Source: a bacterium
GTDB taxonomy: Bacteria > Armatimonadota > Zipacnadia > Zipacnadales > UBA11051
Direction: 5' to 3'
NCBI GenBank assembly: GCA_021372615.1
Contig: JAJFUB010000017.1
Coordinates: 117 to 64,116, forward strand
Length of the DNA: 64,000 nt
In this document: positions 43,676 through 53,267 of the stretch, one piece after another
Position numbering within the stretch: position 1 is the stretch's first letter
How the letters are laid out: every line of letters begins with the position of its first letter
Translations under genes and position numbers: made by a program
Notes under the pieces: model-generated
What the model saw: only the letters and a program-made list of their open reading frames with translations
What the model was told of the DNA's origin: nothing
Database searches by the model: none

Positions 43676-45025
43676 ATGGCCAGAGGCGCCACCCACGTAC
43701 TCGGCCTGGACATTGGGACGCAGGCGATCAAGGCCGTTGAGTTGCGGCTGGCAGGCCACGAGGTTCGCATGGTCGGCCGGCCGGTGGTGATCCCGACTCC
43801 CGAGCACAGCGTTTCCGGCGGGCGCGTGGTAGATACCGCGGCCGTCAGCGAGGCGCTGGGCGACCTGCTGAGCCGCAACGGCTTCGGCACCAAGAAGGTC
43901 ATCGCCTCGGTCGGCGGCGACACCGACGTGGTCGTCCGGATCACGCAAGTCCCCAAGATGACCGGCAAAGAGTTGGACGAGGCGATCCAGTGGGAGCTGG
44001 AGCGCCAGGCTCCCTTCCCCGTTGACCAGGCTGTCTACGACTACCAGCCCATTCACCGTCCCGACGCCCCCGCTGACGCCACCGACATGGATGTGCTCCT
44101 GGCTGTGGCCCAGGAGGAGATGGTGGATGCGCACGTCGAGTCGTTGATGGCCGCGAAACTGACGCCCGTCGCCATTGATGTCGAGCCGCTGGCCGTCGCG
44201 CGCGCCATGGTGGATGCCGGCGGCGAGGCCGTCGCCGATCAGACGGTCGTCATTGTGCACATCGGCGCCAGCAACACCGCGATCATCATCGTCCGCAAGG
44301 GGCTGTTGGCGTTCGTGCGCACCATCCCGACCGCCGGGGCGACCCTGACGTCCGCCATCCGCCAGAACATGACTGAAGACGAGGCCTCCGCCGAACGGGT
44401 CAAGCGCCTCTTCGCCGATCTGAGCGGCAGCTATGCCTATGAGGGCGCCGAGGCTCCGGCCGGCGAGGCCACCTCCGCCTTTGACGCCATCGGCGAGGTG
44501 GAGGACACGGACTCCGTCTTCGAGATGTCCGACGCTGACCAGCACATCGGCGGGTACGGCGAGCCGGACCTGGATGAGGCGGCGACGCAGCTCGAGATGG
44601 ACACATCGCAGACCTACGCCGTGCCGCCGAGCACCGTGGCGCCCGTGGCGGGAGCCGAGACGCCCATAGCGACCGCTCCGGCGCCCGCGCCTGTGCCTCC
44701 GGAAATCGAGGCTGTGCGCTCTCAGGTGTACGAGGCCATCGCGCAGCCGCTGCTGGATCTGGCGACTGAGGTCCGCCGCTCGCTCGACTTCTACCGCCGT
44801 GGGCACCGCGACGAGGACATTGACCACCTGTACCTGTCCGGTGGGTCGGCAGTCATCCCGGGGCTCGCGAGCTTCCTGGGCGCCGAAATCGGCATGGGCG
44901 TCGAGGTAGCGAACCCCTTTGAGTACGTGGTGGTGGGGGACGAAGTGACAGACGAGTTTCTCAACGACGTCGGCCCGATGTGCGTGATCGCGGTCGGGCT
45001 GGCGATGCGCGACATGTTCGACTGA
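43676..45025 (+). CDS. pilM: Type IV pilus assembly protein PilM (actin-like ATPase fold) with an acidic low-complexity insert.
   Basis: N-terminal LGLDIGTQAIKAVEL and C-terminal LSGGSAVIPGL...ANPF motifs. Confidence 0.9.
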   Translation: MARGATHVLGLDIGTQAIKAVELRLAGHEVRMVGRPVVIPTPEHSVSGGRVVDTAAVSEALGDLLSRNGFGTKKVIASVGGDTDVVVRITQVPKMTGKELDEAIQWELERQAPFPVDQAVYDYQPIHRPDAPADATDMDVLLAVAQEEMVDAHVESLMAAKLTPVAIDVEPLAVARAMVDAGGEAVADQTVVIVHIGASNTAIIIVRKGLLAFVRTIPTAGATLTSAIRQNMTEDEASAERVKRLFADLSGSYAYEGAEAPAGEATSAFDAIGEVEDTDSVFEMSDADQHIGGYGEPDLDEAATQLEMDTSQTYAVPPSTVAPVAGAETPIATAPAPAPVPPEIEAVRSQVYEAIAQPLLDLATEVRRSLDFYRRGHRDEDIDHLYLSGGSAVIPGLASFLGAEIGMGVEVANPFEYVVVGDEVTDEFLNDVGPMCVIAVGLAMRDMFD

Positions 45026-45073
45026 GGTCGGTCCGCCGACGGACGTCTCTTCCCGATCACGGGAGGCCGGATA

Positions 45074-45985
45074 TTGCTTAAGCTAGACCTGCTACCGGCG
45101 CATTACACGGTTGCGCGCCGCAACCGCAAGGTGATCTTCCTGTCCATCCCGCTCCTGGTGGGAGTGGCCTTGCTGTGGCTGCTGGTGATGGTGCAGATGA
45201 ACAGCACCATCACGAAGACGCAAACCCAGTTGGATGAGACCAAGGCGGCGGCGGACAAGGTGCGTGCCCTGCAGAGCGCGACCGAGAGCCGGAAGGCTGA
45301 GCTGAAGCCGATCCAGGACAAGGTGGACTTTGTGCTGGCGGCCGACAAGTGCGGCCAGCAGTATTGGGACGCCTTCTACGAAGTCAACAAGTACATCTTC
45401 AACCGGGCCCTGGTGACGAGATTCTCATTGACGCCCCCGGATGCGGTCGCCTTTGACGTCGAGGTCGAGAGCACCGAGGACGCCGGACGCTTCATTCTGA
45501 ACCTGATTCGCTGCCCGGCCATCACCGCGATCAGCATCTCCGGTCAGCCGGTCGGTGGCGGGACCATCGCCGGTGTCTCCGGCGCCGCGCCGGCCGCCGC
45601 CGCAGGCGCCGGCGCTCCCGGTGGCGAGATGGGGCCGGGCATGCCTGGTGCTGCACCGGGCGGCGCGCCGGGAGCGGCCCCGGGTGGCGCACCAGCGCCG
45701 GCCGCGGGTGCCGCCGGGCCGATCCGGTTCTCTGTCACAGCCAAGCTGGTCAAGCCGCTCAGTGTGCCGCAACCACCCAGCGGGGCAGCGGCCGCTCCCG
45801 CCGGGGGCGCGGGCGAGCCCGGTGGCCCAGGTGGGCCTCCCGGAGCCGCCGGCGGACCGCCACCAGGTGGCGGAGGAGAGCCGGGCACCGGACCACCCGG
45901 TGGCGGCGACAAGGGCGGCGAAGAGGACAGTGGCGGCGGGGGCAAGGGCGGCGATTCGGGTGGTGGCGGCGGCGGAGACGAGTAG
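45074..45985 (+). CDS. pilN: PilN with a G/P/A-rich C-terminal tail ending GGGGGGDE.
   Basis: TTG start after a GGGAGG RBS. Sequence LKLDLLP, then a single TM helix, then the PilN periplasmic domain. Confidence 0.8.
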   Translation: MLKLDLLPAHYTVARRNRKVIFLSIPLLVGVALLWLLVMVQMNSTITKTQTQLDETKAAADKVRALQSATESRKAELKPIQDKVDFVLAADKCGQQYWDAFYEVNKYIFNRALVTRFSLTPPDAVAFDVEVESTEDAGRFILNLIRCPAITAISISGQPVGGGTIAGVSGAAPAAAAGAGAPGGEMGPGMPGAAPGGAPGAAPGGAPAPAAGAAGPIRFSVTAKLVKPLSVPQPPSGAAAAPAGGAGEPGGPGGPPGAAGGPPPGGGGEPGTGPPGGGDKGGEEDSGGGGKGGDSGGGGGGDE

Positions 45986-46046
45986 CGCTCGGCGACGGTA
46001 GAAGCCTGAGCAGGAAGTCCAGGGGAATCGGCAGGAGTCTGCGACT

Positions 46047-46844
46047 ATGGGCAAGGTCCCAACCATCGCTATCGTGGCAATAGCGGCCGTGCTGGTCATT
46101 GGCATCAGCGTGGCGGCGTTCTACCTGCTGATCAAGCCCAAGAAGGAAGTCCTGACCAAGCTCCGCAGCGACTTGGCGGCGGAGCAGGCTGTGGTAGACC
46201 AGAAGTCGCAAGCCGAGGCGGACAAGGCGGCCGTTGACGCCGCCTGGCTAAAGGCACAGAACGAGTTGGCCGCGCTCCGGGAGCGCAAGAGCATCCATAT
46301 CTCGATGTACATGCCGCTGCTGGCGATGACGGCCATCTGGTACGAGTACCGTGACGAGCTGCCCAGGGCGGTGCAGAAGTACCTGGAGGACCAGGGCGTG
46401 ACAATTGAGCAGGGGGCCGCGATCCCCGCGCCGCCGCTGACGCCTCCCACGGTGCCCAGCAGCGGCTTCATGCAAGTACCGGGTGGCTCGCCCCTGAACC
46501 TGACGGTCAGGGGTACACTGGAGCAGATACAGAAGGTCTATCAGAACCTGTCGCAGTTGCCGCGAGTGGCGACGATCGGGTCGCTGAGCCTGAGCGGCAC
46601 CGGTCGGCAACTGACCGCCACCTTCCCGCTGTCGTTGTACATCCTCGTGGAAGGCGCTGAGGCGGTGGCGCCGCCCGCAGCGGCGGCCCCCGCTGGAGGC
46701 CTGGGCGGAACGCCTCCGGGCGCCGCGGAAGGGCCCCCCGGTGGCGAGGGTCCACCACCCGCCGAAGAAGGCGGGAAGGGCGCCAAGGAAGACGGCGGGG
46801 GCAAGTCGGAGGACGGCGGCGGCGGGGGCGGCGGCGACGAGTAG
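46047..46844 (+). CDS. pilO: PilO-like alignment protein with a C-terminal tail ending GGGGGGGDE.
   Basis: AGGAG RBS. N-terminal TM helix, coiled-coil, then PilO-type periplasmic domain. Confidence 0.75.
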   Translation: MGKVPTIAIVAIAAVLVIGISVAAFYLLIKPKKEVLTKLRSDLAAEQAVVDQKSQAEADKAAVDAAWLKAQNELAALRERKSIHISMYMPLLAMTAIWYEYRDELPRAVQKYLEDQGVTIEQGAAIPAPPLTPPTVPSSGFMQVPGGSPLNLTVRGTLEQIQKVYQNLSQLPRVATIGSLSLSGTGRQLTATFPLSLYILVEGAEAVAPPAAAAPAGGLGGTPPGAAEGPPGGEGPPPAEEGGKGAKEDGGGKSEDGGGGGGGDE

Positions 46845-46929
46845 CGCGAGAGGCATTGCCTGACAGCCGGGCGCAGGAACCACAGAGACGCGGCTTGCTT
46901 CGCAGGAGCCGGGGCAGCGGAGGCTTCAG

Positions 46930-47847
46930 TTGGAAGAGCAGAAGGGGAAGATACTCATCGCCAGTAGCCTGCTGCTCACCGTGGTGGCGGCTACAGTGCT
47001 GCTTCTGTTTGTACTGCCGGCGCTCACGGGTAGTGGGCGCTCGGAGGCGCAGGGCGGCGACGCCGGCGGGCCTCCTCCCGCCCCTGGCGCAGAGGCCGGC
47101 GCCCCGGGTCCCGGCGGTCCTCCAGGCGGACCTGGGAGCCCTCCGGGCGGTCCCGGTAGCCCTCCAGGCGGACCTGGAAGCCCCCCGGCGGCGGGAGGTC
47201 CCCCCGGTGCAGGTGGCGAAGCTGGTGGCGCTCCGGGAGCCGCTGCGCCCGCGGCGGCCCCGGCCGACCAGAGAGCGCTTGAAGGCTACCGACCGAACCC
47301 GTTCATGCCGCGGGGAGCGGAGGCCGGCGCCGAGGAGGAACTCGTTGAGCCGCCGATGGCATACAACTACGGCAGCAACTGGCATCGGCTGCCCATCACG
47401 GCGCGCCTGGGCTTCGTGCGGCCGAACATTCCGGCACGAGCGGCCGTACAGCCGCCGAAGCCGACCGAGGAGCCGTCGTTTGACGTGACCATCACCAGCA
47501 TCCTGTGGACGCAGGAGGGCCAGGCGATGGCGGTGTACGAGAGCGGCGGCAAGAGCGGCGTGATCAAGCCCGGCGACATCGTGGGTGACTGGCAGGTGGC
47601 CGAGATCTGGCGAGACCGCGTCGTGATTGCGGACCGCAAAAACGGGCGCCAGCAGACGATCTACCTGACCGTCAAGCCGCCGGCGCCAACGCGGCCGAGT
47701 GGCCCGCCGAGCGGGACCGGGACTGGCGGGACGCGTGGTACGAGGGGGCGACCGGGCGGACGACCTGCGAACCCACAGGGCGGCGGCGTGGCGCCTCCGG
47801 GTGGTATGCCGGCGCCGGGCGGCATGCCGGCGCCTCCGGTCCGCTGA
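46930..47847 (+). CDS. pilP: PilP-like lipoprotein/alignment protein flanked by P/G-rich repeats.
   Basis: TTG start after a GGAGG RBS. PilP core GDIVGDWQVAEIWRDRVVIADRKNGRQQTIYL. Confidence 0.7.
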   Translation: MEEQKGKILIASSLLLTVVAATVLLLFVLPALTGSGRSEAQGGDAGGPPPAPGAEAGAPGPGGPPGGPGSPPGGPGSPPGGPGSPPAAGGPPGAGGEAGGAPGAAAPAAAPADQRALEGYRPNPFMPRGAEAGAEEELVEPPMAYNYGSNWHRLPITARLGFVRPNIPARAAVQPPKPTEEPSFDVTITSILWTQEGQAMAVYESGGKSGVIKPGDIVGDWQVAEIWRDRVVIADRKNGRQQTIYLTVKPPAPTRPSGPPSGTGTGGTRGTRGRPGGRPANPQGGGVAPPGGMPAPGGMPAPPVR

Positions 47848-47935
47848 ATCGGCGGAACAACCGCCACCGGGGCGGACTCTAACTAGCTAGATGGTTCATC
47901 CCGCGCCTCGCGGGGTGCATTGAAGGAGGCGTACC

Positions 47936-48661
47936 ATGAAGCGAACAGGTTTCATCTGGCTCGTGGGGTGCGTACTGCTGCTATCGGCCGGCACAGTGTG
48001 GGCTCAGGGCAAGTTCTCGGTGCAGTTCGACGAGACGCCACTGAACCGCGTGCTGGATGCGTTCCGACGCTTCGACCCCAACTTGCAGTTCACACTGGCC
48101 CCGAACCTGGGGGACATCAGGATCACCGCGTCCCTGGTGGACGTGACCGTGGACGCGGCCATGGGTATCGTGCTGGACCAGGCGGGGCTGCGGGGCGTCA
48201 AGGACAACGGCGTCTACCAGATCAGCGAGAAGCCTGAGGCGAAGGGCGAGCGCACGGTGCGGCCGGCCCCGCGCTTCACGGCGCCGATATTCAGCCGGGC
48301 GAGCACACCGACCGAGGGCGCTGACGTCACGGCCGGAGCGGCGCCCGGCGCCGCCACAGCGGCGGCCGGGGCCAGCAGCACGAGCGAGGAAGAGGATCTC
48401 CCGCTGAGGCTCATCATCATCAAGTTCGCCGATCCGTGGGACATTGCTGACCTGTTCGGCGGCGACGTGATCGAGGGCGGCGGGATGTCGGGCGGCGGCG
48501 GCAGCGGCAGCAGTGGCGGCTATGGCAGCAGCGGCAGCAGTGGCAGCAGCCGCGGCGGCCGCGGCAGCAGCGGCAGTGACAGCGGCAGCAGCAGTCGCAG
48601 CAGTCGCGGGAGCAGCAGCAGCAGTGGTAGCAGCCGCAGCAGCCGCAGCTCGAGTTACTAG
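47936..48661 (+). CDS. Secretin N0/STN-domain-only protein (241 aa): signal peptide, then S/G/R-rich C-terminus. Paralog of the PilQ N-terminus.
   Basis: N-terminal domain aligns with the PilQ N-terminus (LNRVLDAFRRF... vs VEQVLRMLAKAAD...). Both continue with ...FGG followed by Gly/Ser low complexity. Confidence 0.65.
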   Translation: MKRTGFIWLVGCVLLLSAGTVWAQGKFSVQFDETPLNRVLDAFRRFDPNLQFTLAPNLGDIRITASLVDVTVDAAMGIVLDQAGLRGVKDNGVYQISEKPEAKGERTVRPAPRFTAPIFSRASTPTEGADVTAGAAPGAATAAAGASSTSEEEDLPLRLIIIKFADPWDIADLFGGDVIEGGGMSGGGGSGSSGGYGSSGSSGSSRGGRGSSGSDSGSSSRSSRGSSSSSGSSRSSRSSSY

Positions 48662-48747
48662 AGGACGTTGCGGGGCAACGGCCCCGCCTGACCTGATGCC
48701 GTAACGACTCTGCGACGGGGGCGTTCAGGTACCCCCGGGAGGAGATC

Positions 48748-50472
48748 ATGTTGACGCCACGCAAGCGGTCGGTCATCCCGTCACTTCTCGCCGCGGTTCT
48801 CTTCACAGTCCTGATTGGGGTTGTGGCTTGCGCTGACGCCGGCAAGGGCGGTGAGCAGCAGCTCATCAACATTGATGTGAAGGACGCCCCGGTCGAGCAG
48901 GTTCTGCGCATGCTCGCCAAGGCGGCTGATGTGAACATCATCGTGGGTCAGGACGTCAAGGGCACCGTCGAGGCGGTCACACTGCACGACGTGACTGTAG
49001 ACACGGCCTTGCGTTCGATCGCGAAGTCGTTGGGCTTCTTCTGGTATCGGGAAGACAACGTGTACTTCGTGTCCACACAGCCGACGCTGCCTGAGACGGG
49101 GCCCACCAGCCGGCCCGGCGGAGGACAGGTGGCGACTGCAGAGCCGCAGGCCGGCAGCGCAGCCGCGACCTCCCCTGCAGTGGCCCCCAGCACACGGACC
49201 GCTCCGACAACAGGTGTGATGCCGCCGCCGCTGCCCACGTCGGTGGAGCCGGCCTCGACCCCCGCGACAACTGAGCCCAAGATCGTCCAGACGCTCATCC
49301 CGCTGAAGCATACCGATGCCGGCGAGATGGCGGTGTTGTTCGGGGGCGTGATCTGCGCCGGCACCACCACGACGGATCGGTTCCCCGCTGTGACGCCGTC
49401 TCAGGCGCGCCACAACGCGGCGCGTGGCAAGCGCAACGCCCAGTCCGACGTGTTCGGGCTGAGCTTCGGCATGCCCGGTGGCAGTGGGGCCAGTGGCCTG
49501 GGGCAGGACTTTGGCGACACCGGTGGGGGCGGCCGTGGCAGCCGGGGCAGCCGGGGCTCGAGCAGCAGCAGCGGCCTGGGCGGCAGCAGCCAGAGCGGAC
49601 GGCGGGGCGGCGGCGGGGGTGGCGGCGGAAGCGCCCTGGGCTCGATGCTGCCGGGCGAGATGGAACCGCCCATTGCCTTCTTGCCGCAGAACGCCTTGCT
49701 GGTGCAGGGCAGCCAGGAAGACATAGACCGCTTCAAGGAGATCCTGGACCTGCTCGACAAGCCCTCCAAGCAGGTGGAGATATCCGCCAAGTTCGTGAAC
49801 GTCCAGACCACGAGCCAGAACGCCCTCGGCATTGACTGGAGCATCTCCAACGGGTCGTTGGAGATCTTCAACCAGGGCTTCGCGCCGGCCGAGGCCGTCA
49901 ACAATGTGATCCGCTACACCCACGGCCGATTCACGACGCAGCTCAATGCGCTGATCACCAGCGGGCGCGCCACCGTCATCAATGAGCCGCACATCGTCAC
50001 CCAGAACAACCAGTTCGCGGAGATTGACTTCACCACGACCATTCCGTACTTCTCGGCGACGATCTCATACAACCAGTATGGGACGCGTGAGGTGGACTTC
50101 GAGGAGGACGAGGTGGACGTCACGAACGCGCTGTGGGTCGTGCCGCGGATCAACGCGGATGACAGCGTAACCGTGTATCTGGAGCCGGAGTTGGATGACC
50201 AGATCGGTGAGGTCGAGGGGCCCAACGGTGAAGTGATCCCGATCGTCACCGAGCAGTACCTGTCCACCACGGTGCGGGTGGGCGACGGCGAGACGATCGT
50301 TTTGGGCGGGCTCATCCGCAAGAATGAGAGCAGCACCTCCAAACAGACGCCGCTGCTGAGCCGCATCCCGATCCTGGGCCCGCTGTTCCGGTCCAAGAAC
50401 CAGACCAAGGACAACGAGGAGTTGCTCGTCTTCGTGACTCCCCGGATCATTCGTGACGTACCGAAGCAGTAG
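48748..50472 (+). CDS. pilQ: Type IV pilus secretin PilQ.
   Basis: N0 domain plus C-terminal secretin domain with the signature TPLLSRIPILGPLFRS...EELLVFVTPRII. Confidence 0.9.
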   Translation: MLTPRKRSVIPSLLAAVLFTVLIGVVACADAGKGGEQQLINIDVKDAPVEQVLRMLAKAADVNIIVGQDVKGTVEAVTLHDVTVDTALRSIAKSLGFFWYREDNVYFVSTQPTLPETGPTSRPGGGQVATAEPQAGSAAATSPAVAPSTRTAPTTGVMPPPLPTSVEPASTPATTEPKIVQTLIPLKHTDAGEMAVLFGGVICAGTTTTDRFPAVTPSQARHNAARGKRNAQSDVFGLSFGMPGGSGASGLGQDFGDTGGGGRGSRGSRGSSSSSGLGGSSQSGRRGGGGGGGGSALGSMLPGEMEPPIAFLPQNALLVQGSQEDIDRFKEILDLLDKPSKQVEISAKFVNVQTTSQNALGIDWSISNGSLEIFNQGFAPAEAVNNVIRYTHGRFTTQLNALITSGRATVINEPHIVTQNNQFAEIDFTTTIPYFSATISYNQYGTREVDFEEDEVDVTNALWVVPRINADDSVTVYLEPELDDQIGEVEGPNGEVIPIVTEQYLSTTVRVGDGETIVLGGLIRKNESSTSKQTPLLSRIPILGPLFRSKNQTKDNEELLVFVTPRIIRDVPKQ

Positions 50473-50549
50473 GCGCGCCATGCGCTGAGGTTCTACCCGC
50501 AAACGGCACACGAGTGGTGCCGTTTGTTGGTATCCAGGAACAGGTCTAC

Positions 50550-51698
50550 ATGACAATGGTGTCACCTGCGCGAGTACCACTGGCGACGATGGCCGACGCA
50601 CAGTCGGCCGTCGAGCCACTGGTAGTGCGCGTGGACCTGGCGCGCGGTGGGTATGACATAGTCGTGGGGCCGGGGCTGTTGGCCGGCCTGGGCGAACTGG
50701 CGCGCGTGGTCGGCGCCGGGCAAGGGCTGCTGGTGGCGGATGACACCGTGGCCGGGCTGTACGGGGAGGTCGCCCTGCAGAGCCTGCGTGAGGCGGGGTG
50801 CCAGGTGTGCCTGGCGACGGTCCCCCCCGGCGAGGGCAGCAAGACGCTGGCCCAGGCGGAGCGGCTGTACGAGGCCTGTCTGACCGCCGGGCTGGACCGC
50901 GGGTCGACCATCTTCGCCCTGGGGGGCGGCGTGGTGGGCGACTTGGCGGGCTTCGTCGCGGGCACGTTCATGCGCGGCATCCGGTTCGTCCAGGCGCCGA
51001 CGACACTGCTGGCGCAGGTGGACGCGAGTGTGGGCGGCAAGACTGCGGTGGATCTGCCACAGGCCAAGAACGTTGTGGGGGTCTTCCACCAGCCGGCGCT
51101 AGTGGTGGCCGACACCGAGGCTCTGCAGACGCTGCCGGAGCGCGAGTTCCGCGGTGGGCTGGCCGAGGTCGTCAAGCACGCCGTCATCGCCGATGCGGAG
51201 ATGTTCGCGTACCTGCAGGCGCAGTCGGCGGAGGTGCTGGCCCGCGTGCCGTATGTGCTCCGGGCGCTGGTGGCCCGCAACTGCCAGATCAAGGCGGAGG
51301 TCGTGCAGGCCGACCCACGTGAGAGCGGACTGCGGGCGGTGCTCAACTACGGTCACACCATCGGCCATGCCTTGGAGCGTGCCGCCGGCACATGGGACCT
51401 GCGGCACGGGGAGGCAGTGGCATACGGCATGGTGGCCGAGGCGCGGGTGGCGGAGGAACTGGGGGTGGCCGAACCGGGGTTGGCTAAGCAGTTGGCGACG
51501 TTGCTGGCGGCCCTGGGGCTGGCGACCGACCGGCCGCGCGTGGAGGCCTCACGGGCGCTGACGGCGCTGCGGCATGACAAGAAGCTGGAATCCGGGCGAC
51601 TGCGCCTGCCTCTGGTGCCGCGCCCCGGAGAGGTCGTGCTACGGGACGACGTGGCGCTGGAGGTCCTGGGGACGGCCCTGACGGAGACACTCGGCTGA
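50550..51698 (+). CDS. aroB: 3-dehydroquinate synthase.
   Basis: GGGVVGDLAGFVA, VQAPTTLLAQVDASVGGKTAVD, and H...H metal ligands. Confidence 0.9.
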   Translation: MTMVSPARVPLATMADAQSAVEPLVVRVDLARGGYDIVVGPGLLAGLGELARVVGAGQGLLVADDTVAGLYGEVALQSLREAGCQVCLATVPPGEGSKTLAQAERLYEACLTAGLDRGSTIFALGGGVVGDLAGFVAGTFMRGIRFVQAPTTLLAQVDASVGGKTAVDLPQAKNVVGVFHQPALVVADTEALQTLPEREFRGGLAEVVKHAVIADAEMFAYLQAQSAEVLARVPYVLRALVARNCQIKAEVVQADPRESGLRAVLNYGHTIGHALERAAGTWDLRHGEAVAYGMVAEARVAEELGVAEPGLAKQLATLLAALGLATDRPRVEASRALTALRHDKKLESGRLRLPLVPRPGEVVLRDDVALEVLGTALTETLG

Positions 51699-51713
51699 AA
51701 CGGACTGAGGACG

Positions 51714-52532
51714 ATGGCGGCATCGCGGAGACGGAGTGCCCAGGGAACGGTACCAGAGATGCCTGAGGACCGCCGGCAGGTAGCCAAGTCCGCCCTGATC
51801 GGCGTGGCGTCGGTCGGCCTCACCGTGGCGGTGATCCTGGCCATCGTGGCCGGTGCTGTGCTGGTAGTGTTCGGGCCTTCAGCACCGATCGTGACGGTGC
51901 CGGACGTGAGGGGCATGGCCACCGAAGAGGCGGAGGGCAGGCTGCGCGCCGCCCGTCTGACGATGAAGGTCGTCAACGAGGAGTTCAGCACTGAGGTCAA
52001 GGAGGGCGCCGTCGTCAGCAGCAACCCCTTCGGCGGCAAGACGGTGCGCGCCGGCCGCGAGGTGCGCGTGGTTGTCAGCCGCGGCGGCCGCACAGCCAAA
52101 GTGCCGAAGCTGACCGGACTGACGCTGGCGGAGGCGAAGGACAGGCTGACGGAGGCCGACCTGCAGGCGGGCGAGGAGGAGCGGCGGAACAGCGACGAGC
52201 CGGCCGACATCGTGCTGAAGCAGGAACCCGCACCCGGGAAGGCGCTGCCGCGCAAGTCGAAGGTAGACCTGGTGGTGAGCGGGGGGAAGAAGTTCGACGT
52301 CTACGCCGTCGGAGACCACGAGTTTCTTTTCCGAACCCTCAAAGTCACCGTCCCGCAGGGCAAGGTGATGCAGCTCGTACAGGTGGACGTGAGTGGGGAG
52401 GACATGGACAAGTCGTTCTACGAACGGCTGTGCCGGCCCGGTGAGGTCGTCAAGGTGGATCTGTACGGGCCGCGGGGGGCGCGGGTACGGGTGCGCATCG
52501 AGGACGAGACGGTATACTCGACGCGGCTGTGA
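51714..52532 (+). CDS. Membrane-anchored protein with two PASTA domains and a C-terminal domain of unknown function.
   Basis: TM helix, then VTVPDVRGMATEEAEGRL and KVPKLTGLTLAEAKDRL PASTA repeats. Confidence 0.7.
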   Translation: MAASRRRSAQGTVPEMPEDRRQVAKSALIGVASVGLTVAVILAIVAGAVLVVFGPSAPIVTVPDVRGMATEEAEGRLRAARLTMKVVNEEFSTEVKEGAVVSSNPFGGKTVRAGREVRVVVSRGGRTAKVPKLTGLTLAEAKDRLTEADLQAGEEERRNSDEPADIVLKQEPAPGKALPRKSKVDLVVSGGKKFDVYAVGDHEFLFRTLKVTVPQGKVMQLVQVDVSGEDMDKSFYERLCRPGEVVKVDLYGPRGARVRVRIEDETVYSTRL

Positions 52533-52548
52533 CGGAGGGGCGTGACGT

Positions 52549-53124
52549 TTGGGGCTTACCGAGCATGACCTCATTCTGCGGGCGCAGGCGGGCGACCGGC
52601 GCAGCTTCGACCAACTCGTCGCCCGGGCCTATCCCCTCGTCTTCAACACGGCGTACCGCATCCTGGGCGACCACGACTCCGCCGCCGATGCCACGCAGAC
52701 CTCGTTCGTACGCGCCTACCGCTCCCTAGGCACCTTCCGCCGGACCTCCTCCTTCACCACGTGGCTGTACCGGATCGTCAGCAACGTGTGCCTGGACATG
52801 GTGCGCCGGGGCCGGCGTCAGGCGCAGAGCCTGACCTTCGACTCCGAAGAGGACCCCCAGTCCGAGCGCGAGATCCCCGACGAACGCGAGCATCCTGAGC
52901 GCCTGACCATCGAGAGCGAACTGCAGCGGGCGGTGCACCGGGCCCTGGGGAAGCTGCGGCTCGAGCATCGTGTCGTGCTGACCTTGTATGATCTCGCCGG
53001 GTTCTCCTATGAGGAGATTGCCGAGGCGCTGAAGCTCCCGTTGGGGACCGTGAAGAGCCGTCTGAACCGTGCGCGGTTGGCTCTGCGGGATGAGCTGAGC
53101 AGTCATACGGAACTTATCCGGTGA
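52549..53124 (+). CDS. ECF-type (group 4) sigma-70 factor.
   Basis: Region 2 FVRAYRSLGTF...FTTWLYRIVSNVCLD and region 4 SYEEIAEALKLPLGTVKSRLNRAR. TTG start with a GGAGGGG RBS. Confidence 0.85.
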   Translation: MGLTEHDLILRAQAGDRRSFDQLVARAYPLVFNTAYRILGDHDSAADATQTSFVRAYRSLGTFRRTSSFTTWLYRIVSNVCLDMVRRGRRQAQSLTFDSEEDPQSEREIPDEREHPERLTIESELQRAVHRALGKLRLEHRVVLTLYDLAGFSYEEIAEALKLPLGTVKSRLNRARLALRDELSSHTELIR

Positions 53125-53267
53125 GGAAGAAGTCGTAACGCTACTGGCAGACGGCTTGTTCCCACCGGGGCGCCGGACCCGGTCTCCCGGTGGCCGGTCT
53201 GTCGGAGCCGGCCCCACTTCGTGTCGTCCCACGGGCCCGGCATCTTCGAGTACAGCGGAGTCGTACC

